This document shows, in pieces, positions 33,916 to 43,313 of a stretch of 64,000 bases of DNA. This DNA comes from Candidatus Micrarchaeota archaeon (lineage in GTDB: Archaea > Micrarchaeota > Micrarchaeia > Anstonellales > Bilamarchaeaceae): the NCBI GenBank assembly GCA_040758595.1, contig JBFLVJ010000008.1, positions 3,291 through 67,290 on the forward strand, in the 5' to 3' direction. The notes below the pieces were generated by a model. That model was not told the DNA's origin and ran no database searches. It saw only the letters and a program-made list of their open reading frames with translations. The stretch's first letter is position 1. Each line of letters opens with the position of its first letter. The position numbers were made by a program, and so were the translations under genes.

Positions 33916-34800
33916 TCAAACGAACAGCTCCTTGAGCGCGATGATTTCGTCCACGGATCCAGCCCGGAACGCCCTGTCCCTTATCTTGGAGGCGTTCCTG
34001 ACCCCCGCGAGCATGTTCACCGCTTTAATCCTGGAGTTCTTCAGCGCATCGCAACCGTGCTTCTCGCAAAGGGCGATGTACTCTTCCAGCATGGCGAACC
34101 GCTCCTTCGGCCCGGCCTCTTTCCCTGAGAACACCATCGGATTCGACATCGCCGCCCGCCCTATCATATATGAGTCGCAATACCCTTCACGCACCATCCC
34201 GTGTCCCTGTTCCGAAGATGCGATATCGCCGTTACCGATTATCGGTATCCCGAGCGCCTCTTTCATCGCCTTTATGGTTTCCCAGTCCGCCTTCCCCGAA
34301 TACCCCTGCCTCACCGTCCGCCCATGGACTATCAGGAAATCCGCGCCCGCGCCCTCTAGCCTCTTGCAGAGAGCGACCGTCTTCTCCCGCTCCTCGTAAA
34401 CCCGCATCTTCACGGACACCGGCAAATCAGCCTTCCGCATCTTGGCGACTATCTCAGCTATCCTCTGCGGAGAAGATAGCAGGGCGCTACCGCCTCCGCA
34501 TCCCATGGTCCTCACCGACGGGCATCCGCAGTTGATGTTCAGCCAAGAGACATGCGGGAACGCATCAGCTATCCGCTTCGCAGCCGTACTCATCCATTCC
34601 GGCTCTGCTCCGACCAGCTGCACCCCAACATCCTTCTCATCAGGGTGCGCATCGACAAGAGACACTTTCGACGCATCGTTCGCTATGGCAGCTGCGCTGA
34701 CGAGGGGCACACAGACCGCTCCGGCTCCGTGCCTCTGGCAGAGCAGCCTGAAGGGCAGGTCGGTATAGTCGTAAATCGGGGCCAGGAAATCCTTGAACAT
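33916..34800 (-). CDS. dus: tRNA-dihydrouridine synthase (Dus family)
   Basis: PIYDYTDLPFRLLC...VQLVG...NINCGCP...VSVKMR...LIVHGRT...IIGNGDI. Confidence 0.8.
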   Translation of the reverse strand: MFKDFLAPIYDYTDLPFRLLCQRHGAGAVCVPLVSAAAIANDASKVSLVDAHPDEKDVGVQLVGAEPEWMSTAAKRIADAFPHVSWLNINCGCPSVRTMGCGGGSALLSSPQRIAEIVAKMRKADLPVSVKMRVYEEREKTVALCKRLEGAGADFLIVHGRTVRQGYSGKADWETIKAMKEALGIPIIGNGDIASSEQGHGMVREGYCDSYMIGRAAMSNPMVFSGKEAGPKERFAMLEEYIALCEKHGCDALKNSRIKAVNMLAGVRNASKIRDRAFRAGSVDEIIALKELFV

Positions 34801-35271
34801 CCGCTATCTCTCTGCCCAGAAGTGTTTTTGAAGGAATAGAAAAAGGTGAAAAAAGATGGGGTGGTCAGCCTGCCATCTTATGGGCTAGCGGTGCATGCAT
34901 GGCGAAAGGAGGTCTCTTTGTATAGACCCACAGTTCCCGGTAGTCGATCTCCCTGAAGACTGGCCCCACTGAGATTATCTCCAGGCTCACCGGACATCTT
35001 CCCTTTCCTTCCATATCCACCATCCCACAATGGTTTCCGCAAGCAGCGGAACCGACCATCCACCCATCCCTGTCTGATATATGGATGAGGAACTATTTAT
35101 ATGTTTTCTCAAATCTCCTGTTGAAATTTACTTGAAATCGTTTAATCTCAGTTTATTTACCCTGCCATTAGATAAAAATCGGTGAAATGTCATAAAATAC
35201 GCTCGAATTACCACTACCGCATCCCACCGTCGTGAAGACAGCATTATAATCCCCCACTGGGTATCCCTGCC

Positions 35272-36027
35272 ATGGGCGAGGAAATCACTTTCGAGGGCCC
35301 GGACGGAGAGCCCCTGTCGGGATATATCGAGGAGCCGGCCGAGCCCACCGGCAAAGGCGTTGTGCTTTTGCACTGCTTCCTCTGCACGAAGCACCATCGC
35401 ATCATGCGCAACCTGGCATCATCTCTGACGCAGCACGGCTTCACCACTCTCCGCTTCGATTTCGCTGGCAACGGCAAGAGCGGAGGGAAACTCGAGGAGA
35501 CCACCTACACGAGGATGATCGGGGAGGTGAAGGAAGCGGTATCATTCCTCGAGAAGCGCGGCATAAAACACATCGGCGTCGCAGGCCACAGCCTCGGGGC
35601 GATGATAGGGCTGCTCTCGGCCTACGAGGATCCGCGCATCCGCGCCGTCGCGTTCATCGCAGGCAGCTCCCAGGCGGCGAGGGTGAAGCAAGTCTTTCCG
35701 CCAGAGGTCCTCGAGAAGGCCGAGCGGGAGGGTTCTGCGCACGCATCCGCTTTCGGCAGGGATATCATAATCAAGCGCGAGTTCCTGCGGGACATCGACC
35801 GCTATGATGTCCGCAAGAGCGCATCAGGCCTGGGCAAGCCGCTATTCATAATCCACGGCACCGCAGACGAGGTCATCGACCATTCGCACGCGAAGCAGCT
35901 GATGCTCTGGGCCGGTGGCGACAAGACCCTTCTTCAGATAGATGGCGCCGACCACCTACTCAAAGACGATGGCCACCTGTCGCAGGCGATGGATGGGGCG
36001 TGTTCCTGGTTCTCGAAAGTGCTATGA
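35272..36027 (+). CDS. Alpha/beta hydrolase
   Basis: Nucleophile elbow: GVAGHSLGA. HGTADEVIDH lies near the C-terminus, and GKGVVLLHCF lies near the N-terminus. Confidence 0.75.
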   Translation: MGEEITFEGPDGEPLSGYIEEPAEPTGKGVVLLHCFLCTKHHRIMRNLASSLTQHGFTTLRFDFAGNGKSGGKLEETTYTRMIGEVKEAVSFLEKRGIKHIGVAGHSLGAMIGLLSAYEDPRIRAVAFIAGSSQAARVKQVFPPEVLEKAEREGSAHASAFGRDIIIKREFLRDIDRYDVRKSASGLGKPLFIIHGTADEVIDHSHAKQLMLWAGGDKTLLQIDGADHLLKDDGHLSQAMDGACSWFSKVL

Positions 36028-36058
36028 TTAAAACAACGCCCGCCCATCTGTCATATCT

Positions 36059-36604
36059 ATGGATGAAAACATCTCAGCTACCGGAGGCTTGAAGACCGCC
36101 CTTATCCTCGCGCTTATCCAATCCCTGGACAGTCCTGATCCCAAGGTGCGGGATAATGCCGAGGTCGCGGTACTCAGTCTGGGACGCCCTCAGGTCCTAG
36201 AAGTCCTGATAAGCTCCATGTATCACGGATCCCCTGAGGACAAATGGGCATCTATACGTGGATTGTCCGTGCTGATGAATCGCTGCCGTGGGCCTGGCCC
36301 GGTGCGGGCGATGGCAAAGCGCCTGCAGGAAGAGATCGATCGGATAGGGCCCTCTCAGGATGACCGGAGGATCTCTTTCGTCCGCATCGCCCTCACGAAA
36401 CTGAGAGATGCGTCGGATGATATCATCAAGAGGAAAGATCAGGAGCTGCGAGGCATCCTCAGCGAAGGGCGGCCCAAGCCCCCGCGCATAAATCGCACCA
36501 CTCCGGAGGACAGCCGCCGCATCCCTTCGAGGCGCGTCTCATCCCCGAGCATAAGGCGGCTCGGCCGCTCGGGCCTCATCGTTCCCCGCCCGAAGAACCA
36601 CTAA
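36059..36604 (+). CDS. Small HEAT-repeat-like protein with basic disordered tail
   Basis: LIQSLDSPDPKVRDNAEVAVLSLG and SPEDKWASIRGLSVL are HEAT/PBS-lyase-like repeats. The C-terminus is Arg/Pro/Ser-rich. Confidence 0.5.
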   Translation: MDENISATGGLKTALILALIQSLDSPDPKVRDNAEVAVLSLGRPQVLEVLISSMYHGSPEDKWASIRGLSVLMNRCRGPGPVRAMAKRLQEEIDRIGPSQDDRRISFVRIALTKLRDASDDIIKRKDQELRGILSEGRPKPPRINRTTPEDSRRIPSRRVSSPSIRRLGRSGLIVPRPKNH

Positions 36605-36636
36605 CCGTTTATAAATTTTCCAAGCAATAAGCTGGC

Positions 36637-37497
36637 ATGGAACCCGTCACTTCCACCGATCTGGATCTCAAGCTGGTGAAAAGAGGCAAAGTCCGTGATA
36701 CCTACTCCTTGGATGGCAACCTGCTCATGATAGCCACCGACCGCCTCAGCGCGTTCGATGTCGTTTTCAACGAGGGGATACCGCGCAAGGGCGAGGTGCT
36801 GACGAGACTGTCTGAGTTCTGGTTCGACAAGACCAGCGACATAATAGAGAACCATCTCATCAGCGCCAGACCGCCCGAAGGCCTTCCGGACTACGTCAAG
36901 AGCAGGAGCATGGTCGTCAAGAGGTGCGTGCCTGTGATGCTGGAGTGCGTGGTGCGCGGCTACATCACCGGGAGCGCATGGAAAGAGTACAAGCAATCCG
37001 GCACGGTATGCGGCATCGGGCTTCCTGAAGGGCTGAAGAACGGCAGCGAGCTTCCCGGCCCGCTTTTCACCCCGTCCACCAAGGCGGAGAAGGGCCATGA
37101 CCAGAACGTGACCGAGGAGCAGGCCATCGGGATCGTGGGCAAGGAGGTCTACGAGACCGTGAAGGCCAAGAGCCTCGAATTATACTACTATGGCAAAGAG
37201 CATGCATGGAAGCACGGGCTGGTGCTCGCCGACACCAAGTTCGAGTTCGGTCTTGTGGAAGGCAAAGTGATACTCATCGACGAAGCGTTGACGCCCGATT
37301 CCAGCAGGTACTGGATGAAGGACAAGTACGATAAAGGCGTCCTTGAGAGCCTGGACAAGCAGTATGTGAGGGATTATCTCGAGAACCTCGGTTGGAACAA
37401 GTCGCCTCCTCCGCCCCCCCTGCCTTCAGAAGTGGTGCAAAAGACCAGCGAGAGGTATCTGCAGGCGTATAAGATGCTCACAGGAAAAGACCTTTGA
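36637..37497 (+). CDS. purC: SAICAR synthetase (phosphoribosylaminoimidazole-succinocarboxamide synthase)
   Basis: LVKRGKVRDTY...LLMIATDRLSAFDVV...GIPRKGEVLT...LADTKFEFG. Confidence 0.9.
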   Translation: MEPVTSTDLDLKLVKRGKVRDTYSLDGNLLMIATDRLSAFDVVFNEGIPRKGEVLTRLSEFWFDKTSDIIENHLISARPPEGLPDYVKSRSMVVKRCVPVMLECVVRGYITGSAWKEYKQSGTVCGIGLPEGLKNGSELPGPLFTPSTKAEKGHDQNVTEEQAIGIVGKEVYETVKAKSLELYYYGKEHAWKHGLVLADTKFEFGLVEGKVILIDEALTPDSSRYWMKDKYDKGVLESLDKQYVRDYLENLGWNKSPPPPPLPSEVVQKTSERYLQAYKMLTGKDL

Positions 37498-37498
37498 T

Positions 37499-37957
37499 TC
37501 ATTGAAGGTAGTGCTTGAGCATATAGAGCGCGAATTTCGCCTGCCCGCGGTTCAATCCGAGAAGCAGCACGATGTTCTCCATCTCCTCGGGACCCCTTAT
37601 CTGCTCCTCGCTCTCGGCGAAGCTGGCGAACGTGTAGAACGCCCCGTATCTCGCGCACATCGAGAGGAAATTGCGCAGCTTCGATATCGCGATGGCCCTC
37701 GGGACCCCGCGCGTGCGTATCAACCGTCCTATATCGATCAAAAAGCAGAGCCTCTTCTTCTCGCCGATGAGCTTTATGGCGCCCTCGTCGAAAGCGTAGT
37801 CTTTCAGCATGATGAGCGAGTTGCGGTTCTTGTGCTGGGCGGCGGCGTGGATGTCCTCGGCCTGGATGATTTTAGCCTTCACTGAATCAAAGGAAAAGAA
37901 ACGGTCGAAGCCGTGCTTTTTCGCATCGGCCTCGCATCTGATGATGTCGAACATCAT
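37499..37957 (-). CDS. rnp3: RNase P protein component 3 (Rpp30-like), short form
   Basis: C-terminal pattern: RAIAISKLRNFLSMCARYGAFYTFASFAESEEQIRGPEEMENIVLLLG. It is coupled to rpl15e by an ATGA overlap, and rpl15e-rnp3 is a conserved archaeal pairing. At 152 aa it is shorter than the Rpp30 length I recall (roughly 210-250 aa). Confidence 0.6.
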   Translation of the reverse strand: MMFDIIRCEADAKKHGFDRFFSFDSVKAKIIQAEDIHAAAQHKNRNSLIMLKDYAFDEGAIKLIGEKKRLCFLIDIGRLIRTRGVPRAIAISKLRNFLSMCARYGAFYTFASFAESEEQIRGPEEMENIVLLLGLNRGQAKFALYMLKHYLQ

Positions 37958-38655
37958 TTCTTCTCTTCGGCCTTCGGAGCCTTGGAGGTTCCGGGTTTAG
38001 AGGTTTCGGGTTTCGGGGCCGCCTTCTTCGGCTTGGCTTTCCTGACCGGAGGCGTCCTCCTCTCCGCCTTCGGAGCGCTCTCCTTCTTCACGAACGGAGT
38101 GGCGCTCGGGTGCGGCTTGCCCACAAGATCCTTCCTCTGGAGCTTCTTGTTCCATTTCCTCTTGCGGCCCTTCTTCCTGGAGTTGCCCGCCGAGGTCAAG
38201 CCCCTGAAGGCCTTGCCCTGCCTGATCACCGAGCTGATGTTGACCGAAGGCTTTGCCGGATCCGCGAGTATCACTTCGTAGAACTTGTAGTTCCCGTCCT
38301 CGCCCACCCAGTAGGAGTTGAGCACCTCCATGTTCTTGTATATCCTGTTCACTCTCTGCTCCACGATGGCCTGGTGGGATATCTGGGGCTGCTCGAACAC
38401 GTGGTAGTTCTTGTGCTTCCTGCCGCCCATGGGCCTGCGCCGGGCTCTCCTTCCTTTGTCCACCCTCGCGCGGACCACTATGTAGCCTTGCTTGGCCTGG
38501 TAGCCGAGCCTCCTCGCTCTTGCGATGTTCGAGGGCTTCTCGACCTTGACCATCGCCGGACCGGCTCTCCATGAGATGACTTTCGCGCGGTAATCCGCAT
38601 CCCTCTCCTTGTACTGCTTCTGCAGGGTCTGAGCTATATATTTGTAAGCGCCCAT
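37954..38655 (-). CDS. rpl15e: 50S ribosomal protein L15e with Lys/Pro/Ala-rich C-terminal extension
   Basis: MGAYKYIAQTLQKQYKE...RRLGYQAKQGYIVVRARVDKGRRARRRPMGGRK...YWVGEDGNYKFYEVILADP. GAGGTG lies upstream. Confidence 0.9.
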   Translation of the reverse strand: MGAYKYIAQTLQKQYKERDADYRAKVISWRAGPAMVKVEKPSNIARARRLGYQAKQGYIVVRARVDKGRRARRRPMGGRKHKNYHVFEQPQISHQAIVEQRVNRIYKNMEVLNSYWVGEDGNYKFYEVILADPAKPSVNISSVIRQGKAFRGLTSAGNSRKKGRKRKWNKKLQRKDLVGKPHPSATPFVKKESAPKAERRTPPVRKAKPKKAAPKPETSKPGTSKAPKAEEKK

Positions 38656-38773
38656 AAATACACCTCGAGAATCTTCGAATTAATCTTCGAAATAGGTCTC
38701 TGGACTGAGATTGATTGGCACAACCTTTTAAACCTTCTTTTTTATACACTAGTCAGCTTGTTTTGGTGGCAGC

Positions 38774-39109
38774 ATGCACGAAACTCCTGAGCACCCAGAA
38801 TTCATGAAAACGATCAAAGAGATACATGATGCCGAGGAGGAATACGACCGCATCATGAACTCGGCGAAAGAGAAGGCGGACCGCATCATGCGCGAGGCGA
38901 AAGAGAAAATCGCCGATGAGAGGATGAAAAGCGAAGAGGAGCTCGTATCATTCAAGAACGAGCGCCTCCGCAAGGGCGGCAAAGAGATCGATTCCGAAGT
39001 CGACAAGATACTCGCAAAAGCCAAGAGCGAGGGCGAATCGATATCGAAGAAGAAGGCCGATCCTAAGTCGGTCTCGGGGCTCGTGAAGGAGTTCCTCGGC
39101 AGCTTGTGA
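38774..39109 (+). CDS. atpH: A-type ATP synthase subunit H
   Basis: Small charged coiled-coil protein (IKEIHDAEEEYDRIMNSAKEKADRIMREAKEKI). It is the first gene of the atpHIKECFABD order and overlaps the atpI start. Confidence 0.7.
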   Translation: MHETPEHPEFMKTIKEIHDAEEEYDRIMNSAKEKADRIMREAKEKIADERMKSEEELVSFKNERLRKGGKEIDSEVDKILAKAKSEGESISKKKADPKSVSGLVKEFLGSL

Positions 39110-41010
39110 GTCATATGCTAAGACCGAAAAAGATGAGAAAGGTCAGATTGATAGTGCTCAAGTCCCACGTGGGGAACCTCGTCAAGGACCTCCACAAGGC
39201 CGGCCTGGTCGACATCCGAAACACCAAGTTCGACGGCCTGGAAGAGGGGAGGCCCCTCCCAGGTTTCGATGAGATATCCGCAGAGCTGCTCAAGCTGCGA
39301 AGGATGCTTTCCATGATGGAATCCGTGGTCGGCTCCGCCGCACAGAAAGAGCCCGAATTGATCGACGGCCAGGAAGCCATCGAACAATCGAAGAACCTCG
39401 GTTTCGATATGAAGCTGGAGGCATTGAGCCGCCAGGCGGCAGAACTCGGCGAAGGGATCAAGCGCCTTGAGAGCGAGGCGGTCGTGATAGACCGCATTTT
39501 GCACTTCAAAGGCGTCGACTTCAGCAAGCTCAAGACCAGGACGCTCGATTATCGGGTGGGCGAGGTCCAGCTATCCAAGATCCCGCACCTCTCAGAGGCT
39601 CTCGAGAAGACCCCCGGACACACCGGCCTGATAACAGAGCCCGGATACAGCGTGGTGCTGGCGGTCTATCAGAAAAGCGGCGAGAAGGACGTCGATACCG
39701 TCTTCGCGGACGCGGGCTTCGCTGACATCGAGCTCCCCGCAGACGTGACCACCCCTATCGCAGCGATCGAGCGCGTGAATTCGGACAACGAATCCAAGAA
39801 GCGCGAGCTCGCGGGGATCAATTCGGAGATAGCGAAGATATCCAAGGACCGCATCGAGAAGGTCAGATCCCTGATACGATCGCTCGAGGTGGAATCCGAC
39901 CGCGCCGAGATCGCGCAGAGATTCTCTTCCTCGAAATGCATCTATATCATAGAGGGCTGGATAATCCAGGAGAAGATGCCTGAACTGGAGAAGCTCGTCT
40001 CAAACTACCAGGACGTCATCCTAGAGGACGTGCCTTTCGGCCATGACGAGACTCCGCCCACCGTGCTCGACAACCCGAAGATCGCAGGGCCCTTGGAGTT
40101 CCTCACCGAGAACTACACGCTTCCGAACTACCACGAGATAGATCCGACGCTCGCATACTTCATAGCCCTGCCTATAATATACGGGATGATCGTGGGCGAT
40201 TTCGTCTACGGGCTGATATCCCTCGGGCTATCCATATTCATGCTCAACAAGTTCAAGGACAGCTACATGATGTCGAACGTGTCGAAGATATGGCTCTATT
40301 CGGCCTTCCCGACCATGCTCTTCGGCATTCTTTTCGATGAGTTCGGCGGCATGACCCACATGGGCCTGGCCAACTACATCGGAGGCTGGTTCGGCGTCGA
40401 GCTGCTCTCGGCCCCGCTATATTCCGGTTTCCACAGGATAGAGAACGTGCTGGTGCTCATAGGCATCACCGCATTGGTCGGCATGATCCACCTGGCGGCG
40501 GGTTTCATCCTGGGCGCCATCAACGAATGGAGCCACAACAAGAAGCACTCGATAGCCAAGATAGCCTGGATAGGAGTCGAGCTCTCGATACTGCTCATCA
40601 TCCTGCCCTCGATAGGGCTCATAGATCCCGCCATGATGACCGCGGGCCTCGTCCTGCTCGTCATCTCGGTCATCCTGCTCGCCCTGACAGAAGGCATCAT
40701 CGGCATCGTGGAGCTGCCGGGCCTCGTGGGCAATATACTGTCCTACAGCAGGATCGCGGTCATCGGCATCGTCGGCGTGATACTCGCCGAGATACTCAAC
40801 GAGTTCCTCATCCCGATGCCGGAGCAGGGCATAATGGCCCTGGTGCTCTTCCCGATATTCGCGGTCCTCCACGTTGTGAACTGCTTCATCGCGATGTTCG
40901 AATCGCTGATACAGGGCGGCAGGCTCAACATAGTGGAGTTCAAGATGAAGTTCATGCACGGCGGAGGCGGCGTATTCACGCCGTTCTCCCTGCATTCGAA
41001 AAAATATTGA
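39106..41010 (+). CDS. atpI: A-type ATP synthase subunit I
   Basis: 634 aa. The N-terminal soluble coiled-coil half (MLRPKKMRKVRLIV...) is followed by a C-terminal polytopic membrane half. Confidence 0.85.
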   Translation: MSHMLRPKKMRKVRLIVLKSHVGNLVKDLHKAGLVDIRNTKFDGLEEGRPLPGFDEISAELLKLRRMLSMMESVVGSAAQKEPELIDGQEAIEQSKNLGFDMKLEALSRQAAELGEGIKRLESEAVVIDRILHFKGVDFSKLKTRTLDYRVGEVQLSKIPHLSEALEKTPGHTGLITEPGYSVVLAVYQKSGEKDVDTVFADAGFADIELPADVTTPIAAIERVNSDNESKKRELAGINSEIAKISKDRIEKVRSLIRSLEVESDRAEIAQRFSSSKCIYIIEGWIIQEKMPELEKLVSNYQDVILEDVPFGHDETPPTVLDNPKIAGPLEFLTENYTLPNYHEIDPTLAYFIALPIIYGMIVGDFVYGLISLGLSIFMLNKFKDSYMMSNVSKIWLYSAFPTMLFGILFDEFGGMTHMGLANYIGGWFGVELLSAPLYSGFHRIENVLVLIGITALVGMIHLAAGFILGAINEWSHNKKHSIAKIAWIGVELSILLIILPSIGLIDPAMMTAGLVLLVISVILLALTEGIIGIVELPGLVGNILSYSRIAVIGIVGVILAEILNEFLIPMPEQGIMALVLFPIFAVLHVVNCFIAMFESLIQGGRLNIVEFKMKFMHGGGGVFTPFSLHSKKY

Positions 41011-41020
41011 GGTGAAATGA

Positions 41021-41272
41021 ATGGCAGAAACAGATTTGGCAGTTTTGACATCTGAAGGTGCGATAGCCATCGGAGCCGGCATCGCCATGGGCGTCAGCGC
41101 GCTCGCCGCGGCCTGGTCCCAGGGTACCCTTGGTTCTTCAGCCATGGGCGTTGTTGCCGAGAGGCCGGAGTTCGAGAGCAAGGTGCTCATCTACGTCGTG
41201 CTGCCGGAAATCCTCGCGCTGCTCGGTTTCGCTATCGCGTTCCTTCTGCTCGGTCAGATCGGCGGAGAATAA
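41021..41272 (+). CDS. atpK: A-type ATP synthase subunit K (proteolipid c)
   Basis: 83-aa two-helix hairpin with a Gly/Ala-rich first helix. The conserved carboxylate lies in VVLPEILALLGF. Confidence 0.85.
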   Translation: MAETDLAVLTSEGAIAIGAGIAMGVSALAAAWSQGTLGSSAMGVVAERPEFESKVLIYVVLPEILALLGFAIAFLLLGQIGGE

Positions 41273-41281
41273 GGTGCTGGG

Positions 41282-41848
41282 ATGGGAATAGAGAAGCTGA
41301 AAGGCTCTCTTCTCTCCGAAGCCAATGAGGACGCGCGGAAGATAGTCGAGGCTGCACAGAGCCATGTGGACGGCATGCTCCGGGAGGAGCGCTCCAGGAA
41401 ATCGGCCATCAAGGAGAGGGCTGAAAAGGACGTGGAGCGTCTTCTTAGCGAGCAGCGCAACGAACGCATCGCCTGGGCAAGGCTAGAGTCCAAACGCATC
41501 ATAGCCGAGGCCAGGGAAGACGCCCTGAAGAATGTGCTGGAAGCCTTCTTCGACGGTCTCAAGGACGTGCGCTCTAGCACGGAATACAAGAAGTTCCTGA
41601 AGGGCGCGGTCTCGCAGGCTGCAGCCGAACTCGGGGACGCGACCATCCATCTCGCCAAGGGCGACAAGAAGCTGGTCACGATACCCAAGGGCTGCAAGGT
41701 CGCAGAGGACCTCGAAGGGCTCGGCGGAGCGCTCATAGAGAGCGCAGACGGCAAGATCCGCATGGATTTCACCCTCGAGACGATGTTCGAACTACAGAGG
41801 GATGAAGTGAGGAAGAAGGTGTCTGACAAGCTGTTCGGGGGCAGATGA
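41282..41848 (+). CDS. atpE: A-type ATP synthase subunit E
   Basis: 188-aa charged helical N-terminus followed by a globular C-terminus. Placement follows operon position. Confidence 0.8.
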   Translation: MGIEKLKGSLLSEANEDARKIVEAAQSHVDGMLREERSRKSAIKERAEKDVERLLSEQRNERIAWARLESKRIIAEAREDALKNVLEAFFDGLKDVRSSTEYKKFLKGAVSQAAAELGDATIHLAKGDKKLVTIPKGCKVAEDLEGLGGALIESADGKIRMDFTLETMFELQRDEVRKKVSDKLFGGR

Positions 41849-42966
41849 TGGCCGAGACGAAGGAAGGCGGAGGATTCGCGTTGCCCAGATTGGAGAGCCG
41901 AGCGCTCAAGTACGGCTATTCCAACGCCAGGGTCAAGGCCATGAAAGGCCTGCTCCTGAAGATCGGCGCCCTGGACGACCTCATACGTGTCGGGAGCCTG
42001 GAGGGGATGGCAGAGCTCCTCCAGAAGACCGGTTACAAGCAGGATCTCGCTACCGCGGCGATGGATTACTCGGGCGCGGAGATGATAGAGATCGCGGCCG
42101 CGGACAACTTCTCGCGGACCGTGAAGAAGCTCATCCGCATAACGCCCAAGAGCGACAAGAAGGCACTGCAGGCCCTGCTCATCAGGTGGGATCTCCTGAA
42201 CCTCAAGACGCTCATGCATGCGAAGAGGATAAGGAAGACCTATGATGACGTCAAGCCCTTCGTGTACGAGGTGGGCGGACTCACCGAGGACGACTTCAAG
42301 CGCATCATGAAGGCGGACGAAGGAACGGTCATGAGGGAACTGCGGCGCACCGAGCTGGGGCAGAAGATGCTCTCGATGGCCACCGGGCAATTGAGCCAGA
42401 GGATGAAGGAGAGTTTCACCAATGCCATGAGGAGCCTCGACATGTTCCTCCAGATGGAGGCGGTGATAGACGCATACACCTATACCTTCATGGACGAGTC
42501 GCTCTCGCAGATGGGCGGAAGGGAGGCCGAGGCTATCAGGAACATCTTGAGGAAAGAGATAGACGCGAAGAACATACTGATAATCGAGAGGATGAAGAAG
42601 CATGGCATCGCGCGAGAGAGGATCGTGGACGGCCTCATAAAAGGAGGCACGCTGCCTCCGGCTTTGATAGAGAAGATACTCGACGCAAAGGACATGCAGG
42701 CGGTGCTCGCTCTGGTGAGATCGAAGTTCCGCGGCATAGAGCTCAAAGAGGGGAAGGCGGGCATGGCGGACCTGGAGATCGCGCTCGAGAAGTCGATAGC
42801 GGCGCAGAAGGTCACCGCGTTCCACCGCTCGGCGCTATCCGTCGGGGTCATCATCGGATTCCTCCTGCTCAAAGAGGAGGAGATGAACAATCTCAGGAAG
42901 ATAGCCAAGGGCAAGGCGTTCGAGCTGCCCGAGAGCGAGATTAGGGACATGATAGTCACTGTGTGA
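41845..42966 (+). CDS. atpC: A-type ATP synthase subunit C
   Basis: KYGYSNARVKAMKGLLL is a typical subunit C (d-like) start. It forms an ATGA overlap with atpE. Confidence 0.8.
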   Translation: MMAETKEGGGFALPRLESRALKYGYSNARVKAMKGLLLKIGALDDLIRVGSLEGMAELLQKTGYKQDLATAAMDYSGAEMIEIAAADNFSRTVKKLIRITPKSDKKALQALLIRWDLLNLKTLMHAKRIRKTYDDVKPFVYEVGGLTEDDFKRIMKADEGTVMRELRRTELGQKMLSMATGQLSQRMKESFTNAMRSLDMFLQMEAVIDAYTYTFMDESLSQMGGREAEAIRNILRKEIDAKNILIIERMKKHGIARERIVDGLIKGGTLPPALIEKILDAKDMQAVLALVRSKFRGIELKEGKAGMADLEIALEKSIAAQKVTAFHRSALSVGVIIGFLLLKEEEMNNLRKIAKGKAFELPESEIRDMIVTV

Positions 42967-42970
42967 TGGT

Positions 42971-43294
42971 ATGAAATCGAAAATCCTTGTGGTCGGAGAC
43001 GCGCCCCTCGTGATGGGCTTCAAGCTGGCCGGCATAGAAGACAACGTGGAGGCCGATGAGAAGACCATACAGGCCGAGCTGGAGAAGGCTCTTTCCAACA
43101 AGGACTATGGCATAATAGTGACCAATGAGAGGATGCTCAATAAGATAGACTGGAGGCTGAAGAAAAAGCTGGACAGCATAGCCTACCCGGTCATAATACC
43201 GATGCCGGACTACTCCGGCAAGAGCGAAGAGGGCGACGAGATAAGGAGCCTGATAAAAAGAGCATTGGGCTTCGACCTCGGGGCCAAGAAATGA
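42971..43294 (+). CDS. atpF: A-type ATP synthase subunit F
   Basis: MKSKILVVGDAPLVMGFKLAGI... 107 aa. Confidence 0.8.
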   Translation: MKSKILVVGDAPLVMGFKLAGIEDNVEADEKTIQAELEKALSNKDYGIIVTNERMLNKIDWRLKKKLDSIAYPVIIPMPDYSGKSEEGDEIRSLIKRALGFDLGAKK

Positions 43295-43313
43295 TATTCG
43301 GAGGAGATTCAGG

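Noticed and set aside
34865-35059. 64-aa ORF in the dus / hydrolase intergenic region, also considered as a possible structured RNA (SRP or RNase P RNA)
   Set aside because: There is no ribosome-binding site or recognisable protein motif. I found no conserved SRP or RNase P RNA motifs such as GGAAAGUCCGG or a GNAR-capped helix 8. It remains undetermined.
41254-42825. 523-aa ORF on the - strand
   Set aside because: It lies entirely antisense to atpE and atpC, which have clear family signatures. It is Leu/Arg/His-rich, as shadow frames typically are.
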